Shown: positions 13,432 through 27,048, counted from the stretch's first letter. The stretch is DNA of 64,000 nucleotides from Octopus vulgaris (GCA_951406725.2 OX597831.1:65720001-65784000), one strand, 5' to 3'. The notes: generated by a model from the sequence alone, not told the origin. Program-made: numbers and translations.

Positions 13432-14091
13432 TATTACCATTTTCAGAAAAAAAAAATTTCTTCAAAGTTTCATTTTTTTCTCACAACCATGGGAGCGCTA
13501 GGCGCACCTCACGACCATAGGTCAGAGAGATGGTTGTGACTTGCAAACAGTTTTGAGTAGGAATCGGAAAGAGATGTATGAACACTGAAGAAAGGTGCAC
13601 CTGTGAGGCATCATCTAAGGTATATGTTTAACAAGTTATTTGACGGTCTGCATGCCACGCCGATGTCATGCAGCTTTGCTGCAATTTTCTTGTTTCACAT
13701 CTTTCGTAATCTTACCCTACCAACCACGTTTGTTCGTTTATTAAGTGTCTGTCTCTTTCTGTCTCTGTCTCTTTCTCTTTTTTTTTTTTAAACTTGGATC
13801 TTTTAAAATTCTTTCCAAGACTTACACAAGTGTATGTTTGAAAAACAAAACTGAAATTTTGAAAGAAGTAGTGATGTACATAAGTAATTATAACGTCTAG
13901 AATAAAATTGATTTAAAGAATATTCATCTTATTAACCGGATTGTAATATTTTTTATGTATTAGTTATACTTTATTGATGTACGCAATTTCATTTAATAAT
14001 AAATTTATTTTTACAAAGGATAACAATCAAAATTTTAAAAATTCCAAAAATTAAAGGACGATGTGTGTACAGATTTATTCGTAACATTTTT

Positions 14092-15078
14092 GAATAACTG
14101 ATTGTAAAACCTTTGTTATCAGTAACCATATTTAATCTCTCTGTATCACGAAAAACTAACTTAACACAAATATTTTTATCAATTTTTGCCCATTGTCATA
14201 TAAAATCGTCTCTAAAGCGTTCAGTTTTTTAGGGCATCTTTTCCGAATTTGAGATTTGAAATGGTACCAAAGATTTGCAAATGGATTCAAGTCTGGTGAT
14301 TGAGATGACCACTTTAAAACGTGGATGTCATTTTTGTGGAGGCCAGGCAGTCGCTACTTTCGATGTATGTTTCAGATTATTAACCTGTTGAAAGATCAAA
14401 TCGTCGCCAACCTCCAACTCTTCTGCTGACACTCAAAGATTCTCGTTTAATATTTTGACGTAATCTTCTTTTTACATCCGGCCTTTGATGACAACTAGTC
14501 GTCCTGGGCCGACTGCCGAAAAACACCCGCAAAACATTAAATTTCCACCGCCATGCTTCACGGTCGAAAAGCCTGGACAGATATCCGCCAAACTGTGGCA
14601 TTCTTGCTGAGGCTCAAAAGTTCAATTGGACCTCCGACCAAAATTGAGCAGGTTTATTTAACATGCTTTTTGTATAGTTTAGCCGAGCCTTAACGTGGCG
14701 GGTCCTGAGCAGAGAAGGCGGAGGATGAGGGTATCATTCGGCACCTAATGCCCACAGTGCCCTCCATGCGGTTGATGATGAAGCATTTGCTCCCAGCTGC
14801 CCAATCTGCTCGCTGACCCTTTTTGCAGTTGTCCACGGTTCACGCTCCATTCGTCTTGCCAAACCTCTTTGCATGAGTTCTACTTACAACTTTCGTTTTC
14901 TTCAGTTCCTTTCTCTATTTACCATACAGCCATAGATTCGATATTTCTTAATAACTGATTGAATAGTTGATACATTGACAGAAAATCGTTTAGAAATCTT
15001 CCAGTATCCGTCGCCAAACATGAAAAATTTTACATTTTTTTTTCTTAGGTCAACACTAATCTCTTTTTGCTTCGGCAT
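14092..15078 (-). pseudogene. Tc1 transposase pseudogene
   Basis: MPKQKEISVDLRKK..GYWKISKRF (HTH); [16 protein letters not shown]; IFQQVNNLKHT; WSSQSPDLNPFANLW; stops and frameshifts. Confidence 0.9.
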
Positions 15079-15155
15079 TTTTTATATAATAATCGTTGAC
15101 GTGTGGGCACTAATATTAAGGTTTTAATAACAATTATTATATATAATAGTCAAAA

Positions 15156-15192
15156 CTATTGAAAATGTTGCAAGACGCAACGAAAATTTTAG
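15156..15192 (+). ncRNA. Hammerhead motif, U3-A8 core variant, in a PLE-like cassette (~15145-15293)
   Basis: cta-TTGAAAA-t-gttgc(aagac)gcaac-GAAA-at-TT-tag; homologue at 45225-45261. Confidence 0.55.
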
Positions 15193-15849
15193 AAAATAAA
15201 AATAAAGAAAAAAGTGGAAATTTTACCGGTGAGTGTGTTACATTATAAGGCACAAAAAGAAAATGACTCCCCCACCTCAGACACAACAGAATAGTTTATT
15301 TGTTATTTTAAATTCATTTTTAAACAAAAAAGTTATTAAGCAAATTTAATGGATAATTTTGCACATGCGTCGTTCTATCATTTTGGAGATTTTCATCATT
15401 TTGATTGTCATCCGTTGTAAAAATAAATTAATAATTAAATGAAATTGTATATATTAAAGTATAAATAATATATAAAAGATATCACAAACCGATTATTGAT
15501 ATGATGAATATTTTTAAAATTCAATTATATTCTACACGTTATGAATACATATAAACACCACTGTATCTATCAAAAACATGATTTCGCTTGTTTGAAATGT
15601 ACAAAAGAATATTTTTGATTGTAGAAAAATAGAATGAGACAAACCTTCACATGTTTTTACCTCTTTCTATCATAACAGTTTGTCACTACGCCTTCTCTAA
15701 CTATCTCTATATATTTCTGCTTCTATTTGTTTGTTTGTTTTTTTTCTACATTTTATAGCGGCGGTGGGGAGGGTGGAATCTTTATTGTCTGACTAGCCTC
15801 TCACTTCTCTCAGGCTGCCCACCAACGCCGCACATGCAGACGTCTTCCG

Positions 15850-16740
15850 ATTGCGCGAAAAGGCTTTGAGGCAAACACCAGTCGCAAACTAATTGGCAAA
15901 AGCATCGCATCTTCTACATATGTCCAGCAGGGTGAGCATCTTGGTCCGTTCCTTTTTGCGTTGCCCGATCAGTCAGCTTACCCTTCAATGCCTGGTGCCT
16001 GGACGACGGGACCCTGGATGACTCGACTGAGTCTGTAGTTGGGAACTGTCAGCAGGTTATACCAGCCCTAAAGCTTCTTGGGCTTGAGATCAACCCATCC
16101 AAGTCGGAGATGATAAATGGGATTTATGGTGAGGCTGAATTCTAGGACGCAGTACTCAGCATCCAGCCCATCTTGGCGGGCGCTCGGATGGCACCAAGGG
16201 ATGCTGTCTGTATCCTTGACTTCCCAATTCTCCCGAAAGCCATAACAGAATTCCTGGAGAACAAGCTTGCGGGCTTGTCTAAGATGACCGTGTGATTGCG
16301 TCTCATTGACGTGCGTCTGACGCTCTTCCTCTTGAGGAATTGCTTTGCCCTGCCTAAGCTCCTTTTTGGCTGTGCAGTGAGCCATGTCACCCTCTCACAG
16401 ATCGCCCCAGCTGTACTTAACTGATCTGAAATGTCAGTTTTATCAGCGCCGGCTGGCAACAGGCTAAATTCGGTGACCTTGGCTACCGTTCTGCATTGAA
16501 CCTGGCTCTGTCAGTATATGTTTCCTCAATATCCTCCAGTGGCAACCTCATTGGCGAGGTATTTCGCGGGATGGCTAAACCCGATATGGCCCAGGTACTA
16601 GAGACAGCTCTAGCTAACTGGACTGTTGAGGGCCTTGCCATCCTCCAGAATACAAATGTTCAACGTAACTGGAACGACATCAGATGCAACTCTGCCTTCA
16701 GGCAGATTGAGACATCCTTAGACCAGTACGGCCTTTGATG
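15850..16740 (+). pseudogene. CRE/SLACS-like non-LTR retrotransposon RT fragment
   Basis: VQQGEHLGPFLFAL, FNAWCLDDGTL, LGLEINPSKSE, LFLLRNCFALPKLL. Confidence 0.75.
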
Positions 16741-17542
16741 TGGGACAATTGTAGAGAGTCTGACTTGTGGCTGTTAAATTAGAAAGATGGCTATTTTATT
16801 GGAATCAGTGTGAGTCGCTATTTTTAGGAAAATAAAAGGTTGTTCATTAGGATAACAGCAAAAATTAGATGTATATGATTTTGTCCATTCATTTTCTTTA
16901 TTTCCTAACTACCAACAAAGATATTATCATGGCTAGAACAAGGTTAATGTCTAGTCAGTAGAAAGAAAATGAAATGTGATCGTTAAGTAACAAATTATAC
17001 ATGGTTATTGTCAAAATGTAAATCAGATGTAGAGACAGATTGGTGCTGAGCAAATATGTCAAGTAAGCGAAAATAGTTTTTACTTAGTAGTATAACAAGA
17101 AAGTTTCTTTTTATATTCCACGGACAGAACAAAATTGTGGTTAACTTGACCTGCTTTCAGATTTAGCTGAATTGATCTCTAAAAGACCAGAAGAATTTAT
17201 CATTTCTGCCCATGGAGAGATAAATTCATTATAATTATTTATTTGGCTTTAGCTAATATGTTGGTCTGATTTGCATAATTAATTGATACTTGCTAGGCCG
17301 CTAATTAGTTTATTGCTATTGTATTAAACAGAAGGTTGGATAATTATAAACATATATTAAGGTAAAATTAATATCTTCCTAACCAACACTGTGAGAGTTT
17401 GACAAGTGAAAATAGGGTAAACATTTGCGTTGATAAATATAAACAATCAGATCAAATGGTTTGCTTAATTAAAGCTTGGCTGGTTGCTAATTCATTTAAT
17501 CGTTATTGAATTAAACAGCATGTATGAATAATTATATGTGTC

Positions 17543-18667
17543 CGAACTGCGTTCAAGAAATTTCCGACCGTATTTTTCCCACCAAAACTAATGCTGCTCG
17601 GGCAAAATCCTTTGAGTAGGAAGTAATGCCACCCTTCCTGTGCATGCATGACAATTTTCGTGCTGGTAGGCCACATCAGTTCCCGTGTGCTATGCCTAGA
17701 GTACAGATGTATTGTGCATGCTCGTTGGATTTTCGTTTTCATGCAAGATGACCAAATGCATCGAGCAGAGAGACAATAAACCCATGTCTCATCATCAATG
17801 ATGATGGTCTTCATGAAGTCTGTATTGCGGTTTGCACAGTCCAGCATATCCTGAGCGATTATTATATGGAGTTGGTTCTAGTGGAGGCACATGGCCTAGT
17901 GGTTAGAGCAGCCGACTCGCGGTCGAGGGATCGCGGGTTCGAATCTCAGACCGGGCGATGTGTGTGTTTATGAGCGAAACACCTAAGCTCCACGTGGCTC
18001 CGGCAGAAGGTAATGGCGAAACTTCTGCTGACTGTTTCGCCACAACTTTCTCTCGCTCTTTCCTCCTGCATCTTCCCGTCCAGGTGGGGAACCTCTACGC
18101 CAAGAAACCGGGAAACCGGCCCATTTGAGCCAGGAATGGCCCGAGAAGGAAGGAGTTGGTTCTGCTGCTCTGCCAGCACCTTTCATTGACACTCTTTCCA
18201 TGCACAAATCCTTCATTAAAATGAAAAACGCAGATCCTGTGCTTATTCCCACTTCGTTGGGAATAATTGCCTGGATTGTTACACGACAGTCTCCCATGAC
18301 TATTCACCAAACCTTCTCAATTGGCTCCTTGTTTCCACTTGTAAATGGTGTGCCTCACTCTCCACCGAGGCGCAGCCATCGCCAAAAGCCTGCTAAATTT
18401 TTTGGGTGGTTTGAGCTTGAGAATTATCAAGCTTTTGGCAAAACTTGATGCAATATCACTGCTCGATGTGTTCGGTGAAGACGAAAATCAGACGAGCACG
18501 CACTACATGGGTGTACTCTAGGCATAACAGCCAGGAACTGCGTGGCCTACAGGCGTGAAAACTTTCACGCATGCGTAGGATGGGTGGTGTACCTCCCACC
18601 CAAAGGATTTTGCCACGTGACATTAGTTTTGTGGGAAAAATAAAGTCGGATACTTTTTTAACCTGTC
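17543..18667 (-). mobile_element. Internally deleted mariner with ~200-bp inverted ends
   Basis: IEQ*YCIKFCQKL, EVGISTGSA and IIDDETWVY motifs; inverted repeats at 17543-17741 and 18475-18667. Confidence 0.85.
17882..18151 (+). mobile_element. SINE family C nested in the mariner
   Basis: TSD GGAGTTGGTTCT at ~17868 and ~18152. Confidence 0.9.
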
Positions 18668-18747
18668 AGCCAACATAGCACGACCTTTACGATTACTTTC
18701 ACGGACAGAAAAGCGCCAATTCATGTATTTAGAGCATTACACTAATA

Positions 18748-19038
18748 CTCTTTTACTTGTTTCAGTCATTTGACTGTGGCCATGCTGGAGCACTGCCTTT
18801 AGTCGACCAAATCGACCCCAGGACTTATTCTTAGTAAGCCTAGTACTTATTCTATCGGTCTCTTTTGCCGAACCGCTAAGTTACGGGGGCGTAAACACAC
18901 CACCATCGGGGACAAACACACACACAAACATATATATATATACATATATACAACGGGCTTCTTTCAGTTTCCGTCTACCAAATCCACTCACAAGGCTTTG
19001 GTTAGCCCGAGGCTATAGTAGAAGACACTTGCCCAAGG
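18748..19038 (-). mobile_element. SINE family A (head missing)
   Basis: Homology to 3904-4310. Confidence 0.9.
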
Positions 19039-19221
19039 TATTTCGTCTGTCTTTACGTTCTGAGTTCAAATTCTGCCGAGGTCAACTTTGCCTTTCATCC
19101 TTTCGGGGTCGATAAATTAAGTAGCAGTTACGCACTGGGATCGATATAATCGACTTAATCCGTTTGTCTGTCCTTGTTTGTCCCCTCTGTGTTTAGCCCC
19201 TTGTGGGTAGTAAAGAAATAG
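19039..19221 (+). mobile_element. SINE family B (head missing)
   Basis: Homology to 49074-49306. Confidence 0.9.
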
Positions 19222-20499
19222 ATATATAAGAAGCATAATTTCAGTTGCTCCAATTATACAAGTTATTCTATATTGATGTAATCATCCATTTGAAAACTAT
19301 TTTATTGTTTGTATTAATAAGTGAGGAAGAGAAAAAGGAGAGAATGTGTGTTGGGGGAGAAGAGTAGGTGTACTTCTTTCAAAATATTTTGAAGTGTTTA
19401 CTTCTACTAACTGGATGATTAGTGGTGTACTCTCATGCACACACAAACACACACACACACACACATGTCTATCATCTTCATCATCGTATTTGTTGCAATG
19501 TCCACTTTTCTATGCTTCAATGAAGACATTTTTTTTAGATTCCTACAACTTGATGCTCTTCCTGTTGTTAACCCTCACTTGTTTCCAAATGAAGTATATT
19601 TCTCCATGATTGGACATGTTTACGTGGAAGATTGGAAATAAAGGACAATATTTGTATGATGGTAACAGTCATTTACAAGCTATCTCAAGATGAAGAAGCA
19701 CAAACATACACACTCACACATTATATAACCTTCTCCAATATACATAACCTTCACCTGATATATGTCTTACATTATTTATTGACTGTGTTACCTACAAGTA
19801 CCATTTTTAATTATCTAAATGAAAAAAATCATCTTCGTCTAATATTCCTTTTATATTTCTGTCTTCTGTCTGTCAGCAATTTACAATGAGCAGGTGATGA
19901 CAAAACATCACTGCCAAAAATATGAGTTTTACATCCTGTATGATAAATTCGCTTGACCAAAATATAACCAACTATTTCATTTTTAATGCCAGTCACGTTA
20001 CAGAATGCGCTGGTTTCTTTTTTTTTTTTATCTGTGGAGCCAGCTCCAGTGATACATCCAACAAAATGTGTTTTGTCATTTTCCAAGGACACCTTGGTGC
20101 CTAATAAAACGGTTTTACATCCAGACCTAGCATTCTAAGGGATTTAGTTTTAATCATGTTCCTCAGTATGTGTGTATACATATATATTTTACCAGTGTGT
20201 TTGTGTGCATATATATATATATATATATATTTTATCAAAAGAAAAACAGGATGCAAAGGATTTAGCGGTACATATGTTTCTGGTTTTATTGGACAGTTTA
20301 TATCAATGCATAATTGATGTAACATGTTTGTCAATAGCCTTCTTCAGCCGCATACAATTACCACACCAAAGACATGTATTACATTATAGCAGGTTTGAGA
20401 AATTTGGGAAAAATACGGGTTTTATAATATAACAAAAACAAACAAAGGTAAAAAACGATTCCTTCAAAGGGGTGTAAAACATCTAATTCACTGGTATGG

Positions 20500-20591
20500 C
20501 AGTGTGTTCTAATATAGCATCAGGCTGACCAAAGCCTTGTGAGTGGAATTAGAAGATGGAAGCTGAAAGAAGCCCATCGTGTATACATGTA

Positions 20592-20637
<46 letters not shown>

Positions 20638-21077
20638 TATGTGTGTGGAGGCACATGGCCTCATGGTTAGAGCAGGTTGAGGGATTGCAGGTTCAAATCT
20701 CAGACCAGGCGATGTATGTGTTATCACTCTTTCCTCCTGCATCTTGCAGCTCACCTGCAACGGACCGGGGTTCTATCCAGTGGGAAACCTATACGCCAAG
20801 GAAATTGGGAAACCGGCTCTTATGAGCCAGGCATGGCTCAAGAAGGAACAAACATATATATGTGTGTGTGTGTTTGTGTCTGTGTTTGCCCCTCCTCCAG
20901 TATTCCTTGCTTGGCAACCGGTGCTGGTGTGTTTACATCCCTGTAACTTAGCAGTTTGGCAAAAGAGACTGCTGGAATAAGTACTAGGCTAAAAAAGAAT
21001 AAGTCCTGGGGTCAGTTTGCTGGACTAAAGACAGTGCACCAGCATGGCCGCAGTCAGATGACTGAAACAAGTAAAAG
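20500..21077 (+). mobile_element. SINE A with a SINE C (20646-20852) nested in its internal microsatellite
   Basis: SINE A 5' part 20500-20590, then (AT)n, the SINE C copy, and the SINE A 3' part 20860-21077. Confidence 0.85.
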
Positions 21078-21365
21078 GGGACTGTCTTGGGCCCGCTCCT
21101 CTTCATAATTTACATAAATAACTTTTCCAGCATCATAAATCACTGCAAAGTGAAAATATTTGCTGATGGCGCTAAGCTCCAGTAAATCATCAATGAAGAA
21201 GAATACCAACTCAATTCCAGTCTGATCCATATGCTGTGAGTCAATGGGCAGACGAAAACAAAATGCAACTGAAGGAGGGAAAATTTGAGCTGATGCATTT
21301 TGGAAGAAAGTCTATACTAAAACAACTATACTCTCTTCCTTCAGGGGAACCGCTCATAGCATCTA
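21078..21365 (+). pseudogene. CR1/L2-group LINE RT fragment
   Basis: GTVLGPLLFIIYINNF..KIFADGAKL. Confidence 0.8.
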
Positions 21366-21537
21366 ATGTATTTATATAAGTATATATATATATATATATA
21401 TATATGTCTCTTTTACTCTTTTACTTGTTTCAGTAAGCTTTTTCAACTGAAATACTGTGAACAGAGCTAGAGTGGTTGATGCATATATGTATATATATAT
21501 ATAAAATCAAAATAAGCAACAATGATATCCAGAGGTA

Positions 21538-21626
21538 ATGCGGTACGACCATTTCATACAACTCCATTTAATTGAACAATGCAATCATTACATCAATTTA
21601 AAATGCAGAGCAATCCTCAGCTGCAT
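21538..21626 (-). ncRNA. Hammerhead motif with long stem II in an AT-flanked cassette (~21503-21740)
   Basis: atgcag-CTGAGGA-[imperfect hairpin]-GAAA-tggtcg-TA-ccgcat. Confidence 0.6.
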
Positions 21627-21787
21627 AAAAACATAGAATTTAATTAAATTTGAAGGACACATTAGCATAATTTTACCCCAAATCTCCAAGAGGATAAGGA
21701 GATAGACAAAGAACATGTTTTACCAATAACATCACAAATATATACACACACATATACACATAAGCATACATATATATATATATATAT

Positions 21788-22362
21788 CATCATCATCATC
21801 ATCATCGTTTAACGTCCGCTTTCCATGCTAGCATGGGTTGGACGGTTCAACTGGGGTCTGGCAAGCTCGAAGGCTGCACCAGGCCAGTCAGATCTGGCAG
21901 TGTTTCTACAGCTGGATGCCCTTCCTAATGCCAACCACTCCGAGAGTGTAGTGGGTGATTTTATGTGCCACCGACACAGGTGCCAGACGAGGCTGGCAGA
22001 TGGCCACGCTCGGATGGTGTTTTTATGTGCCACCGACACAGGTGCCAGACAAGGCTGGCGAACGGCCACGCTCGGATGGTGTTTGTTACGTGCCCTCAGC
22101 ACGGAGGCCAGTCGATGCAGTACTGGCTACGGTCACGTTCGGATGGTTTTCTTATGTGCCACCGGCACTGGTACCACAAGGATACAAATTCCATTGATGT
22201 TCATCTATTTTGATTTGGTTTAATTTGATTTGATTTGATTGATTTGATTTTCACTTGCCTCAACAGATCTTCACAAGTGTCACAAGAAGGAAGATATGCA
22301 CAGGTGGACTGACTACGTCCCAGGTAGGGTCCGCGGGTTATGGCTTCACTGGTCTTGCCGGG
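21788..22362 (-). mobile_element. RTE-related 3' end or SINE with (GAT)n tail and ~60-bp internal tandem units
   Basis: GGCATTAGGAAGGGCATCCAG..CATGGAAAGCGGACGTTAAACGATGATG on minus strand. Confidence 0.85.
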
Positions 22363-22425
22363 TTATATATATATATAACACTAAATAAATAATATTAAGC
22401 TGTTATTTTAAAAATATAGTGCTTA

Positions 22426-22830
22426 GGTGTAGGAGTGGCTGTGCGATAAGTAGTTTGCTTATGAACCACATGGTTCTGGGTTCAGTCCCACTGCGTGGCA
22501 CCATGGGTAAGTGTCTTCTACTATAGTCTCGGGCTGATCAAAGCCTTGTGAGTGGATTTGGTAGACAGAAACTGAAAGAAGCCCGTCATATATATATGTA
22601 TGTATGTATGTGTGTGTACATGTTTGTGTGTCTGTGTTTGTCCCCCCAACATCGCTTGACAACCGATGGTGGTGTGTTTATGTCCCGGTAACTTAGCAGT
22701 TCGGCAAAAGAGCCCGATAGAATAAGTACTAGGCTTACAAAGAATAAGTCCTGGGGGTCGATTTGCTCGACTAAAGGTGGTGCCCCAGCATGGCCACAGT
22801 CACATGACTGAAACAATTAAAAGAGTAAAG
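22426..22830 (+). mobile_element. SINE family A, full length
   Basis: Homology to 3904-4310. Confidence 0.92.
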
Positions 22831-24142
22831 AAAGTTCAATAACCCATTGAATTGTTGTGGTCCCTACATGTTGTAATACTGGGACCAATACAAATGAGTG
22901 GTTTCCTTTTCTGTCCTTTATGTTTAAGGGAAAATCTGAAGTGGACTCCGAGATGTAAAGATGTATACAATCAATCATTTAACGTTTTTATTAATACTTT
23001 TGTTATTGTCCAAATCAAATGTGACATTAATCAAACTATTCAACTTTTCTGTTCGGGCATTCAACTAGTAATGGACTAATACATACTTCTGGTTGAATGC
23101 CTTCATTATATGTAGACATATGTTGCCATGAATGTGTGCTTATTGAAGTGTTTTTAATGATAAAGTTAGAGCTTTATAAATAAATGAGTCTGACACTACT
23201 TTATTTGAAAAGTCTTGAACTATTTAATTCAAATATTAGATTTGATTTGTAAAAGGGTAAATAAGTTTCAGATTTTGCCATGTTTAATTGTTTATTACTG
23301 AGGTCAGAACTGGGGTATCATTTTTCCCTTTTTAGCTCCAGAGAAATTATCAAGTGCATAAAACTGCAGAGATTCATCTAGTCTGAGAAAGATAATGCAT
23401 CTTTAATTTTATGAATTCCTGGGGATGTGATTGATGCTAAATTATTATTTGGTCTTAAAGCTTCAACTGTTCTCTTCATATGGTGTTTTAGTGATTTCAT
23501 TAGGAAGTAGTTTCAAATTTGAATTTGGGTGAAAATCTCACTCCTCATTCCAGGCAAAGGGATATCTTATTTGTCATCTAAAGAATTTAGTAACTATATA
23601 GTTGTATGCTGACATGCTGTCTATGTATAAAACGATTCATTTCTTTACAGTGTGTATTTTAACTTCACTTATTTGTTTATACATTTTCATACGAATTGTG
23701 GTAAACATAGACATGGAAAAGGAAAAAGTATTATCAAAGGCCAGTCTTCAAGAAAAGCCAGTTAATTCACTCAATGCAGCTAATGCCATTAGGAAAAATT
23801 TAAACATTACAAATTCACTGTTGTCCCACTCTTAAACATATAAAGGCTTCATTTATTCTCACAACAAAAACAATAACTCATAGTAGAGCAGTGATGGTGG
23901 ACTAAAAAAAGTTGGTTAAATTAATTTTTGTTCAATGAAGATAGACTTTAACCTTAATATTTCCATTGTGGACTCTCATGTCATAATGACTTTAAATTTG
24001 TAAATATTTATGTTAGTAAATGCTGTTTTCTTTTAACTATAATTATAACATAGTATATACTTTCTTGTCAGTGTTAGTTGTTATATTAAAATTGTCTTTG
24101 AGTGCACTACTACTTAATGTTGGTACTATATATATTGCTAGG

Positions 24143-24390
24143 AGATGCAATGGTACGCATGTCTGTGGAGTGCTCAGCCACTTGCACGTTAATAAATGAG
24201 CTGTGACGTCACTGGTGCCAAGCTGTATTGGCCCCTTTGCCTTTCCCTTGGATAACATTGGTGGCGTGGAGAGAGGAGGCTGGTATGCGTGAGCGACTGC
24301 TGGTCTTCCATAAACAACCTTGCCCAGACTTGTGCCTCAGAGGGTAACTTTCTAGGTGCAATTCCACGGTCAGTCATGACCGAAGGAGGT
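24143..24390 (+). mobile_element. SINE family D 3' part
   Basis: Reverse complement of ~7042-7230. Confidence 0.8.
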
Positions 24391-25134
24391 CACAATATAT
24401 TGCTAACAGAATCCTTTCCATAAAATATTGAACTTTGCTCAAATGTGTTTGACTGTGTCATTCCTTCATCTCTTATTGCTGTTGAAAGATGACTAAATGC
24501 TTTCTATAATAAAAATAATTTCTATCAAAGCTTTAAATTCGGATAAGGTGGGGTTATAAACAATTTTGTCCATCCAGTACCTGGCTGGGGATTTTTAAAT
24601 TGATCCCTGAAAGATGATATCCATGGTCTTGTCTCATATGTATTATAGCCTTATTCTTATCAACCATGTATAATGAAATTCAACTCCTGTCCATAAAAAA
24701 TTGTGAGCATTGGAGTCATGATGACAATGCTTTCAGAGGGAGAGAGAGAAATGGAGTAAGAGATGTGCTCTTGATGTAATTGAAGATCTATTGATGGTTT
24801 CAGTTGTACAGACAACTATAGAGATAGTGGAGGACTAGCAAAAAGATAGTTCTGCCAGACTAACTAGAACATGTTTATTACTGATTTTCCAGTGAAGGAA
24901 TACTTCTATATAGGTGCACAACATTATCTTTAACAAAGCAAATTGAAATTTACAGCACAGCTCAGACAACTTAAAACTTCATTAATTATAGACAGTTGAA
25001 ATGACCATTGTAATGTTAGCTAATTATTGTAAGTTCCGTTCTCTGTGACCTAACTGGTTTACTTTTTTTTTTTTTTTAAATTTCTGTATTAGAAGATCAC
25101 AGAAACTGAGATTTACTTCATTTTATATTCTTAG

Positions 25135-25341
25135 GCTTTTGTTTTATGATATTCGGTCGTTAAATGTTGAATTTATAGCCCGTGTGTCAGAGATTTAATT
25201 TGGGATCTAAGTGTTACTTGAAATATTCTTAGTGGGAAACAGGAATCAGCCCCACTGGCCATAATTACAGTAATCTGAAATAAAAAAAAAATTTAATTAT
25301 GGAGTGTAACGATGTTCAGAAGCACACAAATAGTTCCTTAT
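25135..25341 (+). other. Candidate exon (5'UTR plus ATG at 25299, MECNDVQKHTNSSL)
   Basis: Polypyrimidine-TAG acceptor ending 25134 and GTAAGT donor at 25342 in unique sequence; no homology recognised. Confidence 0.25.
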
Positions 25342-26311
25342 GTAAGTATTATTTGTATGCATTTCTGTGTAATGTTTTTCTTTTTTCCTGCAGTTAACAG
25401 TAAGCAACATAGCATGAAAACACACTAGAAGCACTGATATTTCGATAGGGCTGAGGCTACATTAAACATGCTAACATATATACAGTTACAAGGTCACTGT
25501 GTCAAAGTACATTCTGTTTTTCATACTATTAAAGCTCTGCATTACATTACGTTAAATTGTCATTGAAATAAAATCTCTGCTTGAAATTTAGTTTTAATTC
25601 CTTTTGTTATTTAATATAAAGGTTAGAGAGTGAAAATATACATTTCAAATTATTTGTAGAGTTTGGTTGAGATTTTTATATATTATATGATACTTGAGAT
25701 AGATTTTTGATAGGAACATAGCTGTGAGACAATTTCAATTACTGGTTAGCTTCATTGAGGTTCAGAATACTTTCAAAACACACACACACTCACACACACA
25801 CAGATACATTACATCAAATCATGTATTCAAGAACTTTACATCTCCGATTCCTTATGTTGTAACTAGTAGTCTTTATTTAGCGTAACGTATATTCCAGTTT
25901 GAATTTCACAATTGGATTGGTTTCTTGTTACCTAGTGATCTTTATCGTTTCTCATTCGAGTCTCAGGAGAGACAGCTTGTGAAGAGGAAGGAAAAAAAAA
26001 AAAGCAGTGATAGAAAGAGAAATTAGTTCTACTGTTTACTGCTTACATGGGCCATTGAAAGTTGAAAGTACATACAATGGACAGTGTAACTGTGGTGATA
26101 CGATATTTGCAGTTAGTGCTTTAAACTGTATACTAGTGACACTTTATTCTTATCCCCACGTATTTACGAACAAACAAGAAGCTTATTTTTGTAAGAGAGT
26201 CTGCAGAGGCCAAATCCAGAAATTAGGGCTGCTGGGAGATGAGAGTAACTTTGTGTTTTACTAAAAAGTCACAGATAATGAGTGAAGCAAGTGTTGAGGT
26301 GTGGCATCCAA

Positions 26312-26342
<31 letters not shown>

Positions 26343-26343
<1 letters not shown>

Positions 26344-26592
26344 ATTAGAGAGTATAACTCCAAACTTACAGGGAAAAATTCAATTTAGTATTAAATCAAA
26401 TTTCACAGTATAAATATATAAAATATAAAATATGAATTAAAGATAAAACCATTGTGATGCAACTCAAACAGTGATAAACATAAACCAATACATAAATAAC
26501 AAATAATATATATATTTAATATAATATATAATATATTTACTTATTATACTTATTATATTATATTTATCATTCATTTTATACTTTTTGTATTA

Positions 26593-26645
<53 letters not shown>

Positions 26646-27048
26646 AATTCAGGGTGAATACTTGATAAGTGTAAGCACCTGTATATGTCAGCTAGTAGCA
26701 GAGGTGAGAGGGTATATGCATCAAATGAAATAAAACAGAACACAAAGGATGTCACGGCTTCCTTTATTTTTCGGTTAATTTCCTTTAGGTTTTCAGTAGA
26801 TGTGATCTTATATTTTTTATGTAGTTCCTTCATGGTTAGTAATTTGTAATTATTGTAGTCTAATTTATACCAATTGGCGGTTTTATCAACAGGTACAATT
26901 ATACCGTGACATCCTTTGTGTTCTGTTTTATTTCATTTGATATATATATATTATATTATATTAATTATATATATATTATTTGTTATTTATGTATAGGTTT
27001 ATGTCTATCACTGTTTGAGTTGCATCATAGTGGTTTTATCTCTAATTC

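Larger units (their letters stand above)
13850..15590 (-). mobile_element. Near full-length decayed Tc1 transposon with long TIRs
   Basis: Diverged inverted repeats at ~13850-14100 and ~15330-15590 enclosing the transposase. Confidence 0.85.

Noticed and set aside
19830-20450. Possible piggyBac C-terminal remnant on the minus strand
   Set aside because: Similarity too weak to support by eye.
26640-26941. AT-flanked cassette with a 38-bp inverted repeat
   Set aside because: Probably the same class of element, but no hammerhead core found, so it was not counted.
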